From: Escherichia coli
Lineage (GTDB): Bacteria; Pseudomonadota; Gammaproteobacteria; Enterobacterales; Enterobacteriaceae
Reading direction: 5' to 3' (one strand)
Assembly (NCBI RefSeq): GCF_051903065.1
Contig: NZ_CP178438.1
DNA: 64,000 bases
Position 1 is the first letter of the stretch. The number at the start of each line of letters is the position of its first letter. The notes under the pieces are model-generated. The model made no database searches, was not told where the DNA came from, and worked only from the letters and a program-made list of their open reading frames with translations. This document shows, in pieces, positions 28,800-39,661 of the stretch. A program made the position numbers and the translations under genes.

Positions 28800-31097
28800 T
28801 TACAGCAACTCAAACTCGCCTTTCTTAACGCGTGCGGAATCAGTGCCGATAAAGACATTGAACTTGCCAGGCTCGGCGTCATATTTCATCTGTTGATTCC
28901 AGAACTTCAGCGCCTCGATATCAATCGGGAAGCTGACGGTCTGAGTTTCGCCCGGCTTCAGGGTGATTTTCTCAAAGCCTTTCAGCTGCTTCACTGGACG
29001 GCTCATGGAAGCCGTCACATCCTGCAAGTACATCTGCACTACCGTGGCTCCTTCGCGTTTACCGGTGTTCGTCACCTGCACGCTGGCCGTCACTTTGCCG
29101 TCACGCTTCATGGTAGGCGCAGAAAGTTTCACATCAGAGACGGTGAAAGTGGTATAGCTCAGACCATAGCCGAACGGATACAGCGCCCCGTTAGCTTCAT
29201 CAAAATAACGCGAAGTGTATTTGTTCGGCTTGTCGGCATTATACGGACGACCGGTGTTCAGATGGCTGTAGTACACCGGGATCTGCCCGACAGAACGCGG
29301 GAAGGACATCGGCAGCTTGCCGGACGGGTTGTAATCGCCAAACAATACATCGGCAATTGCATTACCTCCTTCAGTCCCCGCAAACCAGGTTTCCAGAATC
29401 GCATCAGCCTGCTGATCTTCTTTCACCAGCGCCAGCGGACGCCCGTTCATCAGCACCAGCACCAGCGGTTTACCGGTCGCTTTCAGCGCCGCAATCAAGT
29501 CACGTTGGCTTTGCGGAATAGTAATATCGGTACGGCTGGAGGCCTCGTGCGCCATCCCCTGTGCTTCACCGACCACAGCCACCACCACATCAGATTGTTT
29601 CGCAGTCTGCACCGCTTCATCAATCATCTCTTGCGGCGAGCGCGGATCGACTTTGACCGCTTCTTCATACTGATTCAGGAAATCGATAATGCCTTTGTCA
29701 CTGGTAACGTTCGCCCCTTTGGCATACAGCACTTTACCGTTTTCACCGACGGCATTTTTAATCCCGGTCAGCACGGTCACGGATTGATCTGCAACACCTG
29801 CCGCCGACCAGCTTCCCATCACGTCACGCTTGCTGTCTGCCAGCGGGCCAACCACCGCAATGGTTGCGGATTTTTTCAGCGGTAACGTTTCGAGACGGTT
29901 TTTCAGCAACACCAGGCTTTCACGCGCCACTTCACGCGCTTCTTTGCGGTGCAAGCGGCTTTCGGCATTGGTATCCACCGGGTCAGACTCTTTCGGACCG
30001 AGATGGCTGTATGGGTCGTTAAACAACCCCATATCATATTTAACGTTCAGTACATGGCGGGCAGCATCGTCCAGCTCTGCCATCGTCACTTTACCGGATT
30101 TAATCAACCCAGGCAGATACTTCGAGTAGTACTCGTCGCTCATGCTCATGTTGATTCCGGATTTCAACGCCACGCGCACCGCATCTTCCGGATCTGCCGC
30201 CGTGCCATGTTTAATCAGCTCTTTGATTGCACCGTGATCGGAAACGGTGATGCCTTTAAAACCCCACTGGTCGCGCAGAACATCTTTCAGCAGCCAGGAA
30301 TCGGAGGTGGCTGGCGTGCCGTTCAGCGAGTTCAGCGCCACCATCACCGCGCCGCTGCCTGCGTCCAGCCCCGCTTTGTACGGCGGCATATAATCATTAA
30401 ACAGGCGCTGCGGACTCATATCGACGGTGTTGTACTCTTTACCGCCTTCTACCGCACCGTATGCGGCAAAGTGTTTGACGCTGGTCATCACTGAGTAGCG
30501 ATCTGCCGGGCTTTTACCCTGCATCGCTTCCACCATGGTTTTACCCATTATTGAGGTGAGATACGTATCTTCGCCAAAACCTTCGGAAGCACGTCCCCAG
30601 CGCGGATCGCGCGAGACATCGACCATCGGTGCCCAGGTCATATTCAGGCCATCATCTGCCGCTTCATAAGCAGAGACACGTCCGACCGTTTTTACTGCAT
30701 CGAGGTTAAAAGACGAGGCCAGACCGAGGCTAATCGGGAACACCGTGCGCTGACCGTGCAGCACGTCGTAAGCAAAGAAAAGAGGAATTTTCAGGCGGCT
30801 TAATTCCATCACCTGATCCTGCATGGCGCGGATATCCTGACGGGTTACGGTGTTGAAAATCGCCCCAACCTGACCGTCTTTGATCATCTCGCGGATCGCC
30901 TCTTTCGGGTTATCCGGGCCGACGCTGATTAAGCGCAGCTGACCAATTTTCTCATCAACTGTCATTTTCTTAAGCAGTTCGGTGACGAACGCATCCCGCG
31001 CTTCAGGCGTTAATGGATGGTTACCGAATAAATCATCCGCCAGTGCTGGCTGCAGGGCCAGACTCACCGCGATTCCTACTGAACATAGCCATTTCAT
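28800..31097 (-). CDS. bglX: Periplasmic beta-glucosidase, glycoside hydrolase family 3 (765 aa)
   Basis: Signal peptide MKWLCSVGIAVSLALQPALA; start chosen at the internal Met of tracked ORF 28800..31169. Confidence 0.85.
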   Translation of the reverse strand: MKWLCSVGIAVSLALQPALADDLFGNHPLTPEARDAFVTELLKKMTVDEKIGQLRLISVGPDNPKEAIREMIKDGQVGAIFNTVTRQDIRAMQDQVMELSRLKIPLFFAYDVLHGQRTVFPISLGLASSFNLDAVKTVGRVSAYEAADDGLNMTWAPMVDVSRDPRWGRASEGFGEDTYLTSIMGKTMVEAMQGKSPADRYSVMTSVKHFAAYGAVEGGKEYNTVDMSPQRLFNDYMPPYKAGLDAGSGAVMVALNSLNGTPATSDSWLLKDVLRDQWGFKGITVSDHGAIKELIKHGTAADPEDAVRVALKSGINMSMSDEYYSKYLPGLIKSGKVTMAELDDAARHVLNVKYDMGLFNDPYSHLGPKESDPVDTNAESRLHRKEAREVARESLVLLKNRLETLPLKKSATIAVVGPLADSKRDVMGSWSAAGVADQSVTVLTGIKNAVGENGKVLYAKGANVTSDKGIIDFLNQYEEAVKVDPRSPQEMIDEAVQTAKQSDVVVAVVGEAQGMAHEASSRTDITIPQSQRDLIAALKATGKPLVLVLMNGRPLALVKEDQQADAILETWFAGTEGGNAIADVLFGDYNPSGKLPMSFPRSVGQIPVYYSHLNTGRPYNADKPNKYTSRYFDEANGALYPFGYGLSYTTFTVSDVKLSAPTMKRDGKVTASVQVTNTGKREGATVVQMYLQDVTASMSRPVKQLKGFEKITLKPGETQTVSFPIDIEALKFWNQQMKYDAEPGKFNVFIGTDSARVKKGEFELL

Positions 31098-31292
31098 ATG
31101 GATTTTTCTTCCTTTGTTGCCCGACGTGGCAGCGAAAATGGTGCAAAAACCGTAGTTTGCCATAAGCATGATGGAGAGAGAAAAAGAATGCTCAGTTTAT
31201 TGTCTGAATTTTCAAAATATTCACTCGCTGAATTGTCATACAAGGCGCTATTCTAGTTTGTGATATTTTTTCGCCACCACAAGGAGTGGAAA

Positions 31293-33008
31293 ATGTCTTC
31301 CATGACAACAACTGATAATAAAGCCTTTTTGAATGAACTTGCCCGTCTGGTCGGTCATTCACACCTGCTCACCGATCCCGCAAAAACGGCCCGCTATCGC
31401 AAGGGCTTCCGTTCTGGTCAGGGCGACGCGCTGGCTGTCGTTTTCCCTGGCTCACTACTGGAATTGTGGCGGGTGCTGAAAGCCTGCGTCACCGCCGACA
31501 AAATTATTCTGATGCAGGCTGCCAATACAGGCCTGACCGAAGGATCGACGCCAAACGGTAACGATTATGATCGCGATATCGTGATCATCAGCACCCTGCG
31601 TCTCGACAAGCTGCACGTTCTCGGCAAGGGCGAACAGGTGCTGGCCTATCCGGGCACCACGCTTTATTCGCTGGAAAAAGCCCTCAAACCGCTGGGACGC
31701 GAACCGCACTCGGTGATTGGTTCATCGTGCATTGGCGCATCGGTCATCGGCGGTATTTGTAACAACTCAGGCGGCTCGCTGGTGCAACGTGGCCCGGCGT
31801 ATACCGAAATGTCGTTATTCGCACGCATAGATGAAAACGGCAAGCTGACGTTGGTTAACCACCTGGGGATTGATCTGGGCGAAACGCCGGAGCAGATCCT
31901 TAGCAAGCTGGATGACGATCGCATCAAAGATGACGATGTGCGTCACGATGGTCGTCACGCCCACGATTATGACTATGTCCACCGCGTTCGTGATATTGAA
32001 GCCGACACGCCCGCACGTTATAACGCCGATCCGGATCGGTTATTTGAATCTTCTGGTTGCGCCGGGAAGCTGGCCGTCTTTGCAGTACGTCTTGATACCT
32101 TCGAAGCGGAAAAAAATCAGCAGGTGTTTTATATCGGCACCAACCAGCCGGAAGTGCTGACCGAAATCCGCCGTCATATTCTGGCTAACTTCGAAAATCT
32201 GCCGGTTGCCGGGGAATATATGCACCGGGATATCTACGATATTGCGGAAAAATACGGCAAAGACACCTTCCTGATGATTGATAAGTTAGGCACCGATAAG
32301 ATGCCGTTCTTCTTTAATCTCAAGGGACGCACCGATGCGATACTGGAGAAAGTGAAATTCTTCCGTCCGCATTTTACTGACCGTGCGATGCAAAAATTCG
32401 GTCACCTGTTCCCCAGCCATTTACCGCCGCGCATGAAAAACTGGCGCGATAAATACGAGCATCATCTGCTGTTAAAAATGGCGGGCGATGGCGTGGGCGA
32501 AGCCAAATCGTGGCTGGTGGATTATTTCAAACAGGCCGAAGGCGATTTCTTTGTCTGTACGCCGGAGGAAGGCAGCAAAGCGTTTTTACACCGTTTCGCC
32601 GCTGCGGGCGCAGCAATTCGTTATCAGGCGGTGCATTCCGATGAAGTCGAAGACATTCTGGCGCTGGATATCGCTCTGCGGCGTAACGACACCGAATGGT
32701 ATGAGCATTTACCGCCGGAGATCGACAGCCAGCTGGTGCACAAGCTCTATTACGGCCATTTTATGTGCTATGTCTTCCATCAGGATTACATCGTTAAAAA
32801 AGGCGTGGATGTGCATGCGTTGAAAGAACAGATGCTGGAACTGCTGCAGCAGCGTGGCGCGCAATATCCTGCCGAACATAACGTCGGTCATTTGTATAAA
32901 GCACCGGAGACGTTGCAGAAGTTTTATCGCGAGAACGATCCGACCAACAGTATGAATCCGGGGATCGGTAAAACCAGTAAGCGGAAAAACTGGCAGGAAG
33001 TGGAGTAA
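31293..33008 (+). CDS. dld: FAD-dependent D-lactate dehydrogenase (571 aa)
   Basis: Tracked ORF with start chosen at MSSMTTTDNK; synteny. Confidence 0.85.
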   Translation: MSSMTTTDNKAFLNELARLVGHSHLLTDPAKTARYRKGFRSGQGDALAVVFPGSLLELWRVLKACVTADKIILMQAANTGLTEGSTPNGNDYDRDIVIISTLRLDKLHVLGKGEQVLAYPGTTLYSLEKALKPLGREPHSVIGSSCIGASVIGGICNNSGGSLVQRGPAYTEMSLFARIDENGKLTLVNHLGIDLGETPEQILSKLDDDRIKDDDVRHDGRHAHDYDYVHRVRDIEADTPARYNADPDRLFESSGCAGKLAVFAVRLDTFEAEKNQQVFYIGTNQPEVLTEIRRHILANFENLPVAGEYMHRDIYDIAEKYGKDTFLMIDKLGTDKMPFFFNLKGRTDAILEKVKFFRPHFTDRAMQKFGHLFPSHLPPRMKNWRDKYEHHLLLKMAGDGVGEAKSWLVDYFKQAEGDFFVCTPEEGSKAFLHRFAAAGAAIRYQAVHSDEVEDILALDIALRRNDTEWYEHLPPEIDSQLVHKLYYGHFMCYVFHQDYIVKKGVDVHALKEQMLELLQQRGAQYPAEHNVGHLYKAPETLQKFYRENDPTNSMNPGIGKTSKRKNWQEVE

Positions 33009-33011
33009 AAA

Positions 33012-33041
33012 TTACGGATGGCAGAGTATCGCCATCCGTAA
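33012..33041. terminator. Bidirectional terminator hairpin between convergent dld and pbpG
   Basis: 11-bp stem TTACGGATGGC / GCCATCCGTAA with an 8-nt loop. Confidence 0.65.
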
Positions 33042-33046
33042 TTCAC

Positions 33047-33979
33047 TTAATCGTTCTGTGCCGTCTGCCCCGCCGCCGCCATTTGGGCGGCTTTTTGTTT
33101 TTTATAGCTCAACGCTGCTGCCGGAACAGGCATCACTTTACCGGTTTCAATCCAGGTACGCAGGCGACTGGCATCGGCAAAATGGGTATATTTGCCAAAC
33201 GCATCCATCACTACCAGCGCCACCGGTTTATTATTGATAACCGTACGCATCACCAGACAATGGCCCGCCGCATTGGTAAAGCCGGTTTTGGTTAGCTGGA
33301 TATTCCAGTTATCGCGATACACCAGATGATTAGTATTGCGGAACGGCAGCGTATACGTCGGGTTAGAGAAGGTTGCCATATCTTCCCGGGTAGTACTTAA
33401 CTGCCCGATCAACGGATATTGTTTGCTGGCAATGAGCAGTTTGGTTAAGTCACGGGCGGTTGAAACGTTATGCACCGACAATCCGGTTGGTTCAACAAAG
33501 CGCGTATTGTTCATTCCGAGTGATTTCGCTTTCGCATTCATCGCCTTAATAAAGGCTTTGTAACCACCGGGATAATGGTGCGCAAGGCTTGCCGCCGCGC
33601 GGTTTTCTGAAGACATCAGCGCCAGCAACAGCATATCTTTACGGCTGATTTCGCTGTTCAGTCGTACGCGCGAATAGACCCCTTTCATCTCCGGCGTCTG
33701 GCTGATATCCACTTTTAGTTTTTCATCCAGCGGCAGTCGTGCATCCAGCACGACCATCGCAGTCATTAATTTGCTGATAGACGCAATCGGACGCACCAGA
33801 TCCGGGTGGTTCGAATAGATCACTTTGTTGGTATTCAGATCAACAATCATCGCGCTACCGGAGGCAATTTCCGGTTGTGAAGCGGTGGTAGCGGCTGCCG
33901 TTTTCGCAACGGCCTGCGGTGCAAAAGGCACAGCCAGCATCAGGGCCAGGCTAAATAAAGAAACTCGAAATTTCGGCAT
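33047..33979 (-). CDS. pbpG: D-alanyl-D-alanine endopeptidase, penicillin-binding protein 7 (310 aa)
   Basis: Signal peptide and SxxK active-site motif SISKLMT. Confidence 0.85.
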
Positions 33980-34152
33980 GATGAGCATTCAGATAGTGGT
34001 TCACGCGCACGGGTTGCGCACCGCCGGAGTAAGGATTTACTGAGGCTAGCGACGCCATCATAACGAGCAAAAAGTGCGATCGTCAAAGGAGAATCGTGTG
34101 GAAATGCTGCATTGCTGACATTTATGCCAGCAATGCAACGTCAAAGAACTTT

Positions 34153-34740
34153 CTAGAACAAACGATAACCGTAGCCCCATAGTATAACGGTAAGGGCGAG
34201 CAGCACTTCCAGTACCAGCACGCCAATCGCCAGCGTCGAACTGGAGAAGCTAAGGCCTTCCTCTTTGTTGATATTCAGGAAGCTCGGAATACCAAGGTAA
34301 AGCAGGTAACCGGTGTAAAACAGTGCCACCGTGCCGACCAGCGCACACAACCAGACCAGCGGATAAAGCGCCACCAGACCGCTTAAAAACAGCGGAGTTG
34401 CAACGTAGCCCGCGAAGACCATGCAGTGCGCAAGTGACGGACGCTGCGGGTAATTGCGCGCCATCCACCAGATGACCCGCCCCATCACCGCAACCCCAGC
34501 CAGCATAACGCCGTAAAACAAGACAGCCAGCGCCAGTCCGGTAAACCAGGATAACTTCAGGATAGTGCCATCGCCAAAATTCCAGCCAATCTGTGTAGTG
34601 CCAATGAAGGCGCAAATCACCGGAATCGCCGCCATCAGCAAAACGTGGTGGGTGTAATGGTGAGAAATCGTTTCGTTTTCGCGATTAATCACCTGCATTT
34701 CACGATCGGGATGGGAAAACAGTCCCCAGACATGGCTCAT
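34153..34740 (-). CDS. yohC: Inner membrane protein (195 aa)
   Basis: Tracked ORF, multi-TM; start chosen at MSHVWGLF. Confidence 0.75.
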   Translation of the reverse strand: MSHVWGLFSHPDREMQVINRENETISHHYTHHVLLMAAIPVICAFIGTTQIGWNFGDGTILKLSWFTGLALAVLFYGVMLAGVAVMGRVIWWMARNYPQRPSLAHCMVFAGYVATPLFLSGLVALYPLVWLCALVGTVALFYTGYLLYLGIPSFLNINKEEGLSFSSSTLAIGVLVLEVLLALTVILWGYGYRLF

Positions 34741-34909
34741 ACCGCCCCCTTGTTGTGAGTTCATGAACCTGACAGTTCAAGTATAAGTCAGCTTGTGATT
34801 ATTTTTTGTTCGCTCATGTAATTTGCACCGTCTGATGTACGTCCTTTTTCAGCGTGAATGATTCACAGGGTGTATGCTTACAGGCAACCAAAGGGAGACA
34901 GACTGGCCT

Positions 34910-35488
34910 ATGGATCTCAATACACTCATCTCACAATATGGTTATGCCGCGCTGGTTATCGGTAGCCTGGCGGAAGGTGAAACCGTGACTTTGCTGGGAG
35001 GCGTTGCGGCACATCAGGGGCTATTAAAGTTCCCGCTGGTGGTACTTTCTGTAGCGCTTGGCGGCATGATTGGCGACCAGGTGCTCTATCTGTGCGGGCG
35101 GCGATTTGGCGGCAAGCTGTTACGCCGTTTCTCGAAACATCAGGATAAAATAGAGCGGGCGCAGAAACTGATCCAACGCCATCCATATCTGTTTGTCATT
35201 GGTACGCGTTTTATGTATGGCTTTCGGGTGATTGGCCCGACGCTGATTGGTGCCAGCCAGCTGCCGCCGAAAATCTTTCTGCCACTGAATATCCTCGGCG
35301 CATTTGCCTGGGCGTTGATTTTTACCACTATCGGTTACGCTGGTGGTCAGGTGATTGCGCCGTGGTTGCACAATCTCGATCAGCATTTGAAGCACTGGGT
35401 CTGGTTGATTCTGGTCGTGGTTCTGGTGGTAGGCGTGCGCTGGTGGCTGAAACGGCGCGGGAAGAAAAAGCCGGATAATCAGGCGTAA
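34910..35488 (+). CDS. yohD: DedA-family inner membrane protein (192 aa)
   Basis: Tracked ORF; start chosen at MDLNTLISQYGYAALVIGSL. Confidence 0.8.
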   Translation: MDLNTLISQYGYAALVIGSLAEGETVTLLGGVAAHQGLLKFPLVVLSVALGGMIGDQVLYLCGRRFGGKLLRRFSKHQDKIERAQKLIQRHPYLFVIGTRFMYGFRVIGPTLIGASQLPPKIFLPLNILGAFAWALIFTTIGYAGGQVIAPWLHNLDQHLKHWVWLILVVVLVVGVRWWLKRRGKKKPDNQA

Positions 35489-35606
35489 AGCAGTTGCCAC
35501 AGATAAGCATTCACACCACATCCGGCACCGGGTGTTCCATGCCTGATGCGACGCTGGCGTGTCTTATCTGGCCTAACCCATTGAAATAACCACGCACCTC
35601 ACTGCG

Positions 35607-36368
35607 CTATTCTGGGTTGAACTGCGGATTCGCCAACATAAAGCCGCCATCCACTATCAACGACTGCCCGGTGGTGTAATTTGCACCCTCCGAACAAAGC
35701 CACGCCACCAGGCTGGCAATCTCATGCGTTGCGCCAAAACGCCGCAGAGGAATCGAAGGCTCCGCGTCGGGCTTCACGTCGCTATCATCCATGCCGTTCA
35801 TTGGCGTAGCGATCGCCCCAGGTGCGACTGCGTTCACCAAAATCTTATGCCTGACCAACTCCAGCGCCATTGCTTTGGTTAACCCGCCGAGCGCATGTTT
35901 AGCGGCTGTGTAGGCGCTGGCATCCGGCAGCGGCGTATGTTCATGTACCGACGTAATGTTGATGATGCGACCACCCTGCCCTTGTTTCACCATCTGGCGG
36001 GCCGCAATTTGCGAGCATAAAAATGCACCATCGACATCAACGGTAAAAATCTTGCGCCACTCATCGAAAGCCATATCAAGAAACGGCGCTTTGGTCATTG
36101 CGCCCGCATTATTCACCAGCACATCAATACGCCCCAGCCGTTGAATGAGTTTCTCCAGCGCCTGCGCACCTTCTGGCAGATTGCCGAGATCCAGTTGCAC
36201 GATCTCCGCACGTACGCCGTGGCTAACCACCTCACGCGCGGTATCTTTTGCCCCTTCTTCATCAGAGTGCCAGGTAATGCCAATATCAAACCCCTGCTGC
36301 GCCAGTAATAATGCGCACTCTTTGCCGATCCCCGAATCGGAGGCGGTAATTATCGCGACCTGTGCCAT
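35607..36368 (-). CDS. yohF: Short-chain dehydrogenase/reductase (253 aa)
   Basis: Nucleotide-binding motif TASDSGIGK near the N-terminus. Confidence 0.8.
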   Translation of the reverse strand: MAQVAIITASDSGIGKECALLLAQQGFDIGITWHSDEEGAKDTAREVVSHGVRAEIVQLDLGNLPEGAQALEKLIQRLGRIDVLVNNAGAMTKAPFLDMAFDEWRKIFTVDVDGAFLCSQIAARQMVKQGQGGRIINITSVHEHTPLPDASAYTAAKHALGGLTKAMALELVRHKILVNAVAPGAIATPMNGMDDSDVKPDAEPSIPLRRFGATHEIASLVAWLCSEGANYTTGQSLIVDGGFMLANPQFNPE

Positions 36369-36420
36369 CGAGTTCTCCACTTAACGCTGAATAAACGTTA
36401 AGTATAGAAGGCGCATATCA

Positions 36421-37857
36421 TCAGCGTTTGTAACCCCCGCCCAACGCACCAGTGAGTTGAATGGAGGCATCCAGCCACTGCCCTTGCAATAACAGGCCAT
36501 TGGCCCGCTCACGCAGCGCGGGGATTCTGGCTTCGCTGACGCGGGAACCAGCAATGATGCCCGCGTTAAAGCGCGCCTGCGCAAGACCTACCACACGCAA
36601 GGCATCGCGCTCAATTTGCGCCTGATGCTGGTTTTTCTCCGCCAGTGTCTGAACCTGACTGGCTGCCCGCGCCACGTCATTCACCGCTTCAACCACCGCT
36701 TTGTTGTAGCTGGCGATAGACAAGTTGCTTTCGGCTTTTGCGATATCGAGATTGGCGTTAAGACGACCACTATCGAAAATGGGTAGCGTCAGGCCTGCCG
36801 TAACGCCCATTTGCTGCGCGGAATGACGGAACAGATCGCTTAAGTGCAACGCATCCTGTTGCAGGAAGGCCATCAGGTTGATGTCAGGATAAAATGCCGC
36901 TTTTGCCGCATCAATGGTGCTTAGCGATGACTCAACGTACCAGTGCGCCGCCTGCAAATCTGCCCGCCGGGCCAGTAAGGAGTACCCCAGTTCATCAGGA
37001 AGCTGGCTTGCCACTTTCGGCAACGCGACCGGTTTAAGCTTCAATGACTTTGTCTGGTGATTTGTAAGTGCGCTTAACCGTGCCTCAATAATTTTCATTT
37101 TCCCCGCGACATCGTTGAGCTGCTGCCGGGTTTTGCTGGCATTAATATCGGTTTCCACACCTTCAACTGAAGAAGTAATCCCGTTCTGATATAGCTGGCG
37201 ATCGGTCGCGATAATGGTGTTCTGCTCTTTTTCTATTTGCTGCAAGACCGTGTTTAACGCCGCCTGGGTTTGCCACTCCCAGTACAGGCGGGCTACGCTG
37301 CCAGCCAGCAATTGGCGGGTTTGCTCGCGTTCCGCCGCCCGTGCTTTAACCGTACCCAGGCGGGCAGTAACCTCCGCCCGATTCTTTCCCCAGATATCGA
37401 GATGCCAGCCCGCCGTTAAGCCAAAAGTTCCGTTGGTGTACCACGGACCGGTCGTACCTGCGGCCGGATCGTTCAGAGCAAACGGCCCCATTAAGCCTTC
37501 TGCCGACATTTTTTGCCGCTCCATATCCGCAGAAAAGTCGATCTGCGGACCATCCTGAGTAGCAACTGCCTTCGCCTGGGCTTCAGCTAGCTGAATGCGC
37601 TGTTCAGCCACCTGCATATCCGGTGCGTTCTGTAGTGCATTGTTAATTAATGAAGTGAGTTGATTATCGTGATACTCCAGCCACCATTGGCTGTCTGGCC
37701 AACCATTTTTCAGCGCCGTGGGTAATGCGGTGTCAACTTGTGCAGCGGGCGTTTGCTGGCTTAACGCCTGGCGGGTTTCATGCATAGGCGCACACCCGGC
37801 CAGCATCAGTAACAGCGGAAAACAGGCGATGGCTGGATAAAAGGAATCACGATTCAT
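36421..37857 (-). CDS. mdtQ: Outer-membrane efflux lipoprotein, NodT/OprM-like, apparently intact here
   Basis: Lipobox LLMLAGC after start MNRDSFYP; continuous 478-codon frame. Confidence 0.75.
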   Translation of the reverse strand: MNRDSFYPAIACFPLLLMLAGCAPMHETRQALSQQTPAAQVDTALPTALKNGWPDSQWWLEYHDNQLTSLINNALQNAPDMQVAEQRIQLAEAQAKAVATQDGPQIDFSADMERQKMSAEGLMGPFALNDPAAGTTGPWYTNGTFGLTAGWHLDIWGKNRAEVTARLGTVKARAAEREQTRQLLAGSVARLYWEWQTQAALNTVLQQIEKEQNTIIATDRQLYQNGITSSVEGVETDINASKTRQQLNDVAGKMKIIEARLSALTNHQTKSLKLKPVALPKVASQLPDELGYSLLARRADLQAAHWYVESSLSTIDAAKAAFYPDINLMAFLQQDALHLSDLFRHSAQQMGVTAGLTLPIFDSGRLNANLDIAKAESNLSIASYNKAVVEAVNDVARAASQVQTLAEKNQHQAQIERDALRVVGLAQARFNAGIIAGSRVSEARIPALRERANGLLLQGQWLDASIQLTGALGGGYKR

Positions 37858-38080
37858 GGGGGAATAATCAGGTAAGAAAAGGTGCGCGGAGATTACCGTG
37901 TGTTGCGATATATTTTTTAGTTTCGCGTGGCAATACATCAGTAGCAATAAAACGACATATCCAGAAAAATATACACTAAGTGAATGATATTCTCCGATTT
38001 ATCTTAATCGTTTATGGATAACGGCAAAGGGCTTCGTTTTTTCCTATACTTATTCAGCACTCACAAATAAAGGAACGCCA

Positions 38081-38164
38081 ATGAAAATTATACTCTGGGC
38101 TGTATTGATTATTTTCCTGATTGGGCTACTGGTGGTGACTGGCGTATTTAAGATGATATTTTAA
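38081..38164 (+). CDS. yohP: Small membrane protein (27 aa, MKIILWAVLIIFLIGLLVVTGVFKMIF)
   Basis: Hand translation; below the ORF-track cut-off; GGA-containing ribosome-binding region upstream. Confidence 0.6.
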   Translation: MKIILWAVLIIFLIGLLVVTGVFKMIF

Positions 38165-38229
38165 AAATCAGATATGGCATATAAGTTGTCAGGTCAGGAA
38201 CTAGATATTTTGTGTACTTGATTTGCAAA

Positions 38230-38510
38230 CAGCTCCGGTGTTGGTGGCGTCAAAATCGCTGAAGCGTTCCCCGAAGGCCGGGGCAGCCCACATGGATGTG
38301 GGCTGAGGGCGCGTCTTACAAGGACGTTACCTCGCGCCCGACCCGGTAGCCGAAGGGGATAAGCTGAAGGTACCGCGCAGCGGCGATTTTGTTCGCCAGA
38401 GCCCGGGGGTGCAGGGGGAGGAGGCGATTGTCCTCCCCCTGCGCGCTCCTTGCGCCAGTGGCAATATGTGGCTTAGCTCATGAAAGGAGCGCAACAAGAT
38501 GATGAAGCTG
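38230..38510. other. GC-rich, hairpin-rich intergenic element of unknown identity
   Basis: Perfect inverted repeats CAGCCCACAT/ATGTGGGCTG (about 38296-38317) and CAGGGGGAGGA/TCCTCCCCCTG (about 38411-38440); no convincing ORF. Confidence 0.4.
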
Positions 38511-38551
38511 AATAAGCGATTCATTGTCTCTGATAAACTGCGATTCCACTA

Positions 38552-39502
38552 TTATCGCAGCTTATCGATATCAATTGCCTGAATAGCCCTTGCAATATCA
38601 TGGGAATTATTCAACACCCGAACATGCTGAAATAATTCCGTTGCTTCATCGTATTCTTTACGCAAATAACTCAACCACTGTTTAATCCGCGCTACGTGAT
38701 ATAACCCGGTATCGCCCTGCTTTTCCAGACGGGTATATTTTTGCAGCAAAGCAACCACCTCCGGCCACGGCATTCGCGGTTCGTTATATTTTACTACCCG
38801 GCTCAGGTTGGGAATATTGAGCGCCCCGCGACCAATCATCACTGCGTCGCAGCCGCTGATCGCCATGCATTGTTGCGCACTCTGCCAGTCCCAGATTTCA
38901 CCGTTGGCAATCACCGGAATATTCAGCTGCTGGCGAATCTCGCCAATCGCCTGCCAGTCAATATGCTCCGCGCGGTAACCCTGCTCTTTTGTCCGCCCAT
39001 GCACCACCAGCTCCGTAGCGCCAGCCTGTTGAACCGCATCGGCGATTTCAAATTTCTTCTCACCGCTGTCCCAGCCCAGACGCACTTTCACGCTGACGGG
39101 CAAATGCGCCGGTACAGCTTCACGCATCGCTTTTGCACCCTGGTAGATGAGTTCAGGATCTTTGAGTAACGTCGCCCCACCACCGCTACCGTTGACCGTT
39201 TTCGACGGGCAGCCGCAATTGAGATCCACGCCCCAGGAACCTAATTCCACCGCACGGGCGGCGTTCTCTGCCAGCCATTGTGGGAACTGACCTAACAACT
39301 GAACGCGCACCAGCGTACCGGATGGTGTCCGGCTGGCGTTTTGTAACTCAGGGCAAATGCGATGAAAGACTTTTACCGGCAGCAGTTGATCCACCACGCG
39401 GACAAACTCGGTGATGCACAGATCGTAGTCGTTAACTTCGGTCAGCAATTCACGCACCAGAGAGTCAAGCACTCCCTCCATCGGTGCCAGTAACACACGC
39501 AT
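38552..39502 (-). CDS. dusC: tRNA-dihydrouridine synthase C
   Basis: Tracked ORF; start chosen at [11 protein letters not shown] (Dus family N-terminus). Confidence 0.85.
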   Translation of the reverse strand: MRVLLAPMEGVLDSLVRELLTEVNDYDLCITEFVRVVDQLLPVKVFHRICPELQNASRTPSGTLVRVQLLGQFPQWLAENAARAVELGSWGVDLNCGCPSKTVNGSGGGATLLKDPELIYQGAKAMREAVPAHLPVSVKVRLGWDSGEKKFEIADAVQQAGATELVVHGRTKEQGYRAEHIDWQAIGEIRQQLNIPVIANGEIWDWQSAQQCMAISGCDAVMIGRGALNIPNLSRVVKYNEPRMPWPEVVALLQKYTRLEKQGDTGLYHVARIKQWLSYLRKEYDEATELFQHVRVLNNSHDIARAIQAIDIDKLR

Positions 39503-39661
39503 ATCATCACCCGCAAAAAAATGAGGCGCTATGTTAGCGCCTCCTGTGTTTGCAGACAAACTGACTTACTGATTAATTCGGGCAAGATTTTTACCCTCAC
39601 CCTAACCCTCTCCCGAAGGGGCGAGGGGACCGCCCGTGCGCCTGATTGGGTGAAGAAGTGC

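Noticed and set aside
28893-29885. 330-aa plus-strand ORF antisense to bglX
   Set aside because: Lies entirely within the bglX coding region on the opposite strand; this is the typical long antisense frame of a GC-rich gene
38327-38524. 65-aa minus-strand ORF within the GC-rich hairpin element
   Set aside because: Arginine, glycine and proline-rich low-complexity translation typical of a GC-rich non-coding frame; no ribosome-binding site
39560-39661. Possible mobile-element junction, att site or integrase remnant at the left boundary of the gentisate cluster
   Set aside because: Only about 100 bp with a weak GC-rich partial palindrome (CCCTCTCCCGAAGGGGCGAGGGG); no direct repeats, tRNA, integrase or transposase found at either boundary
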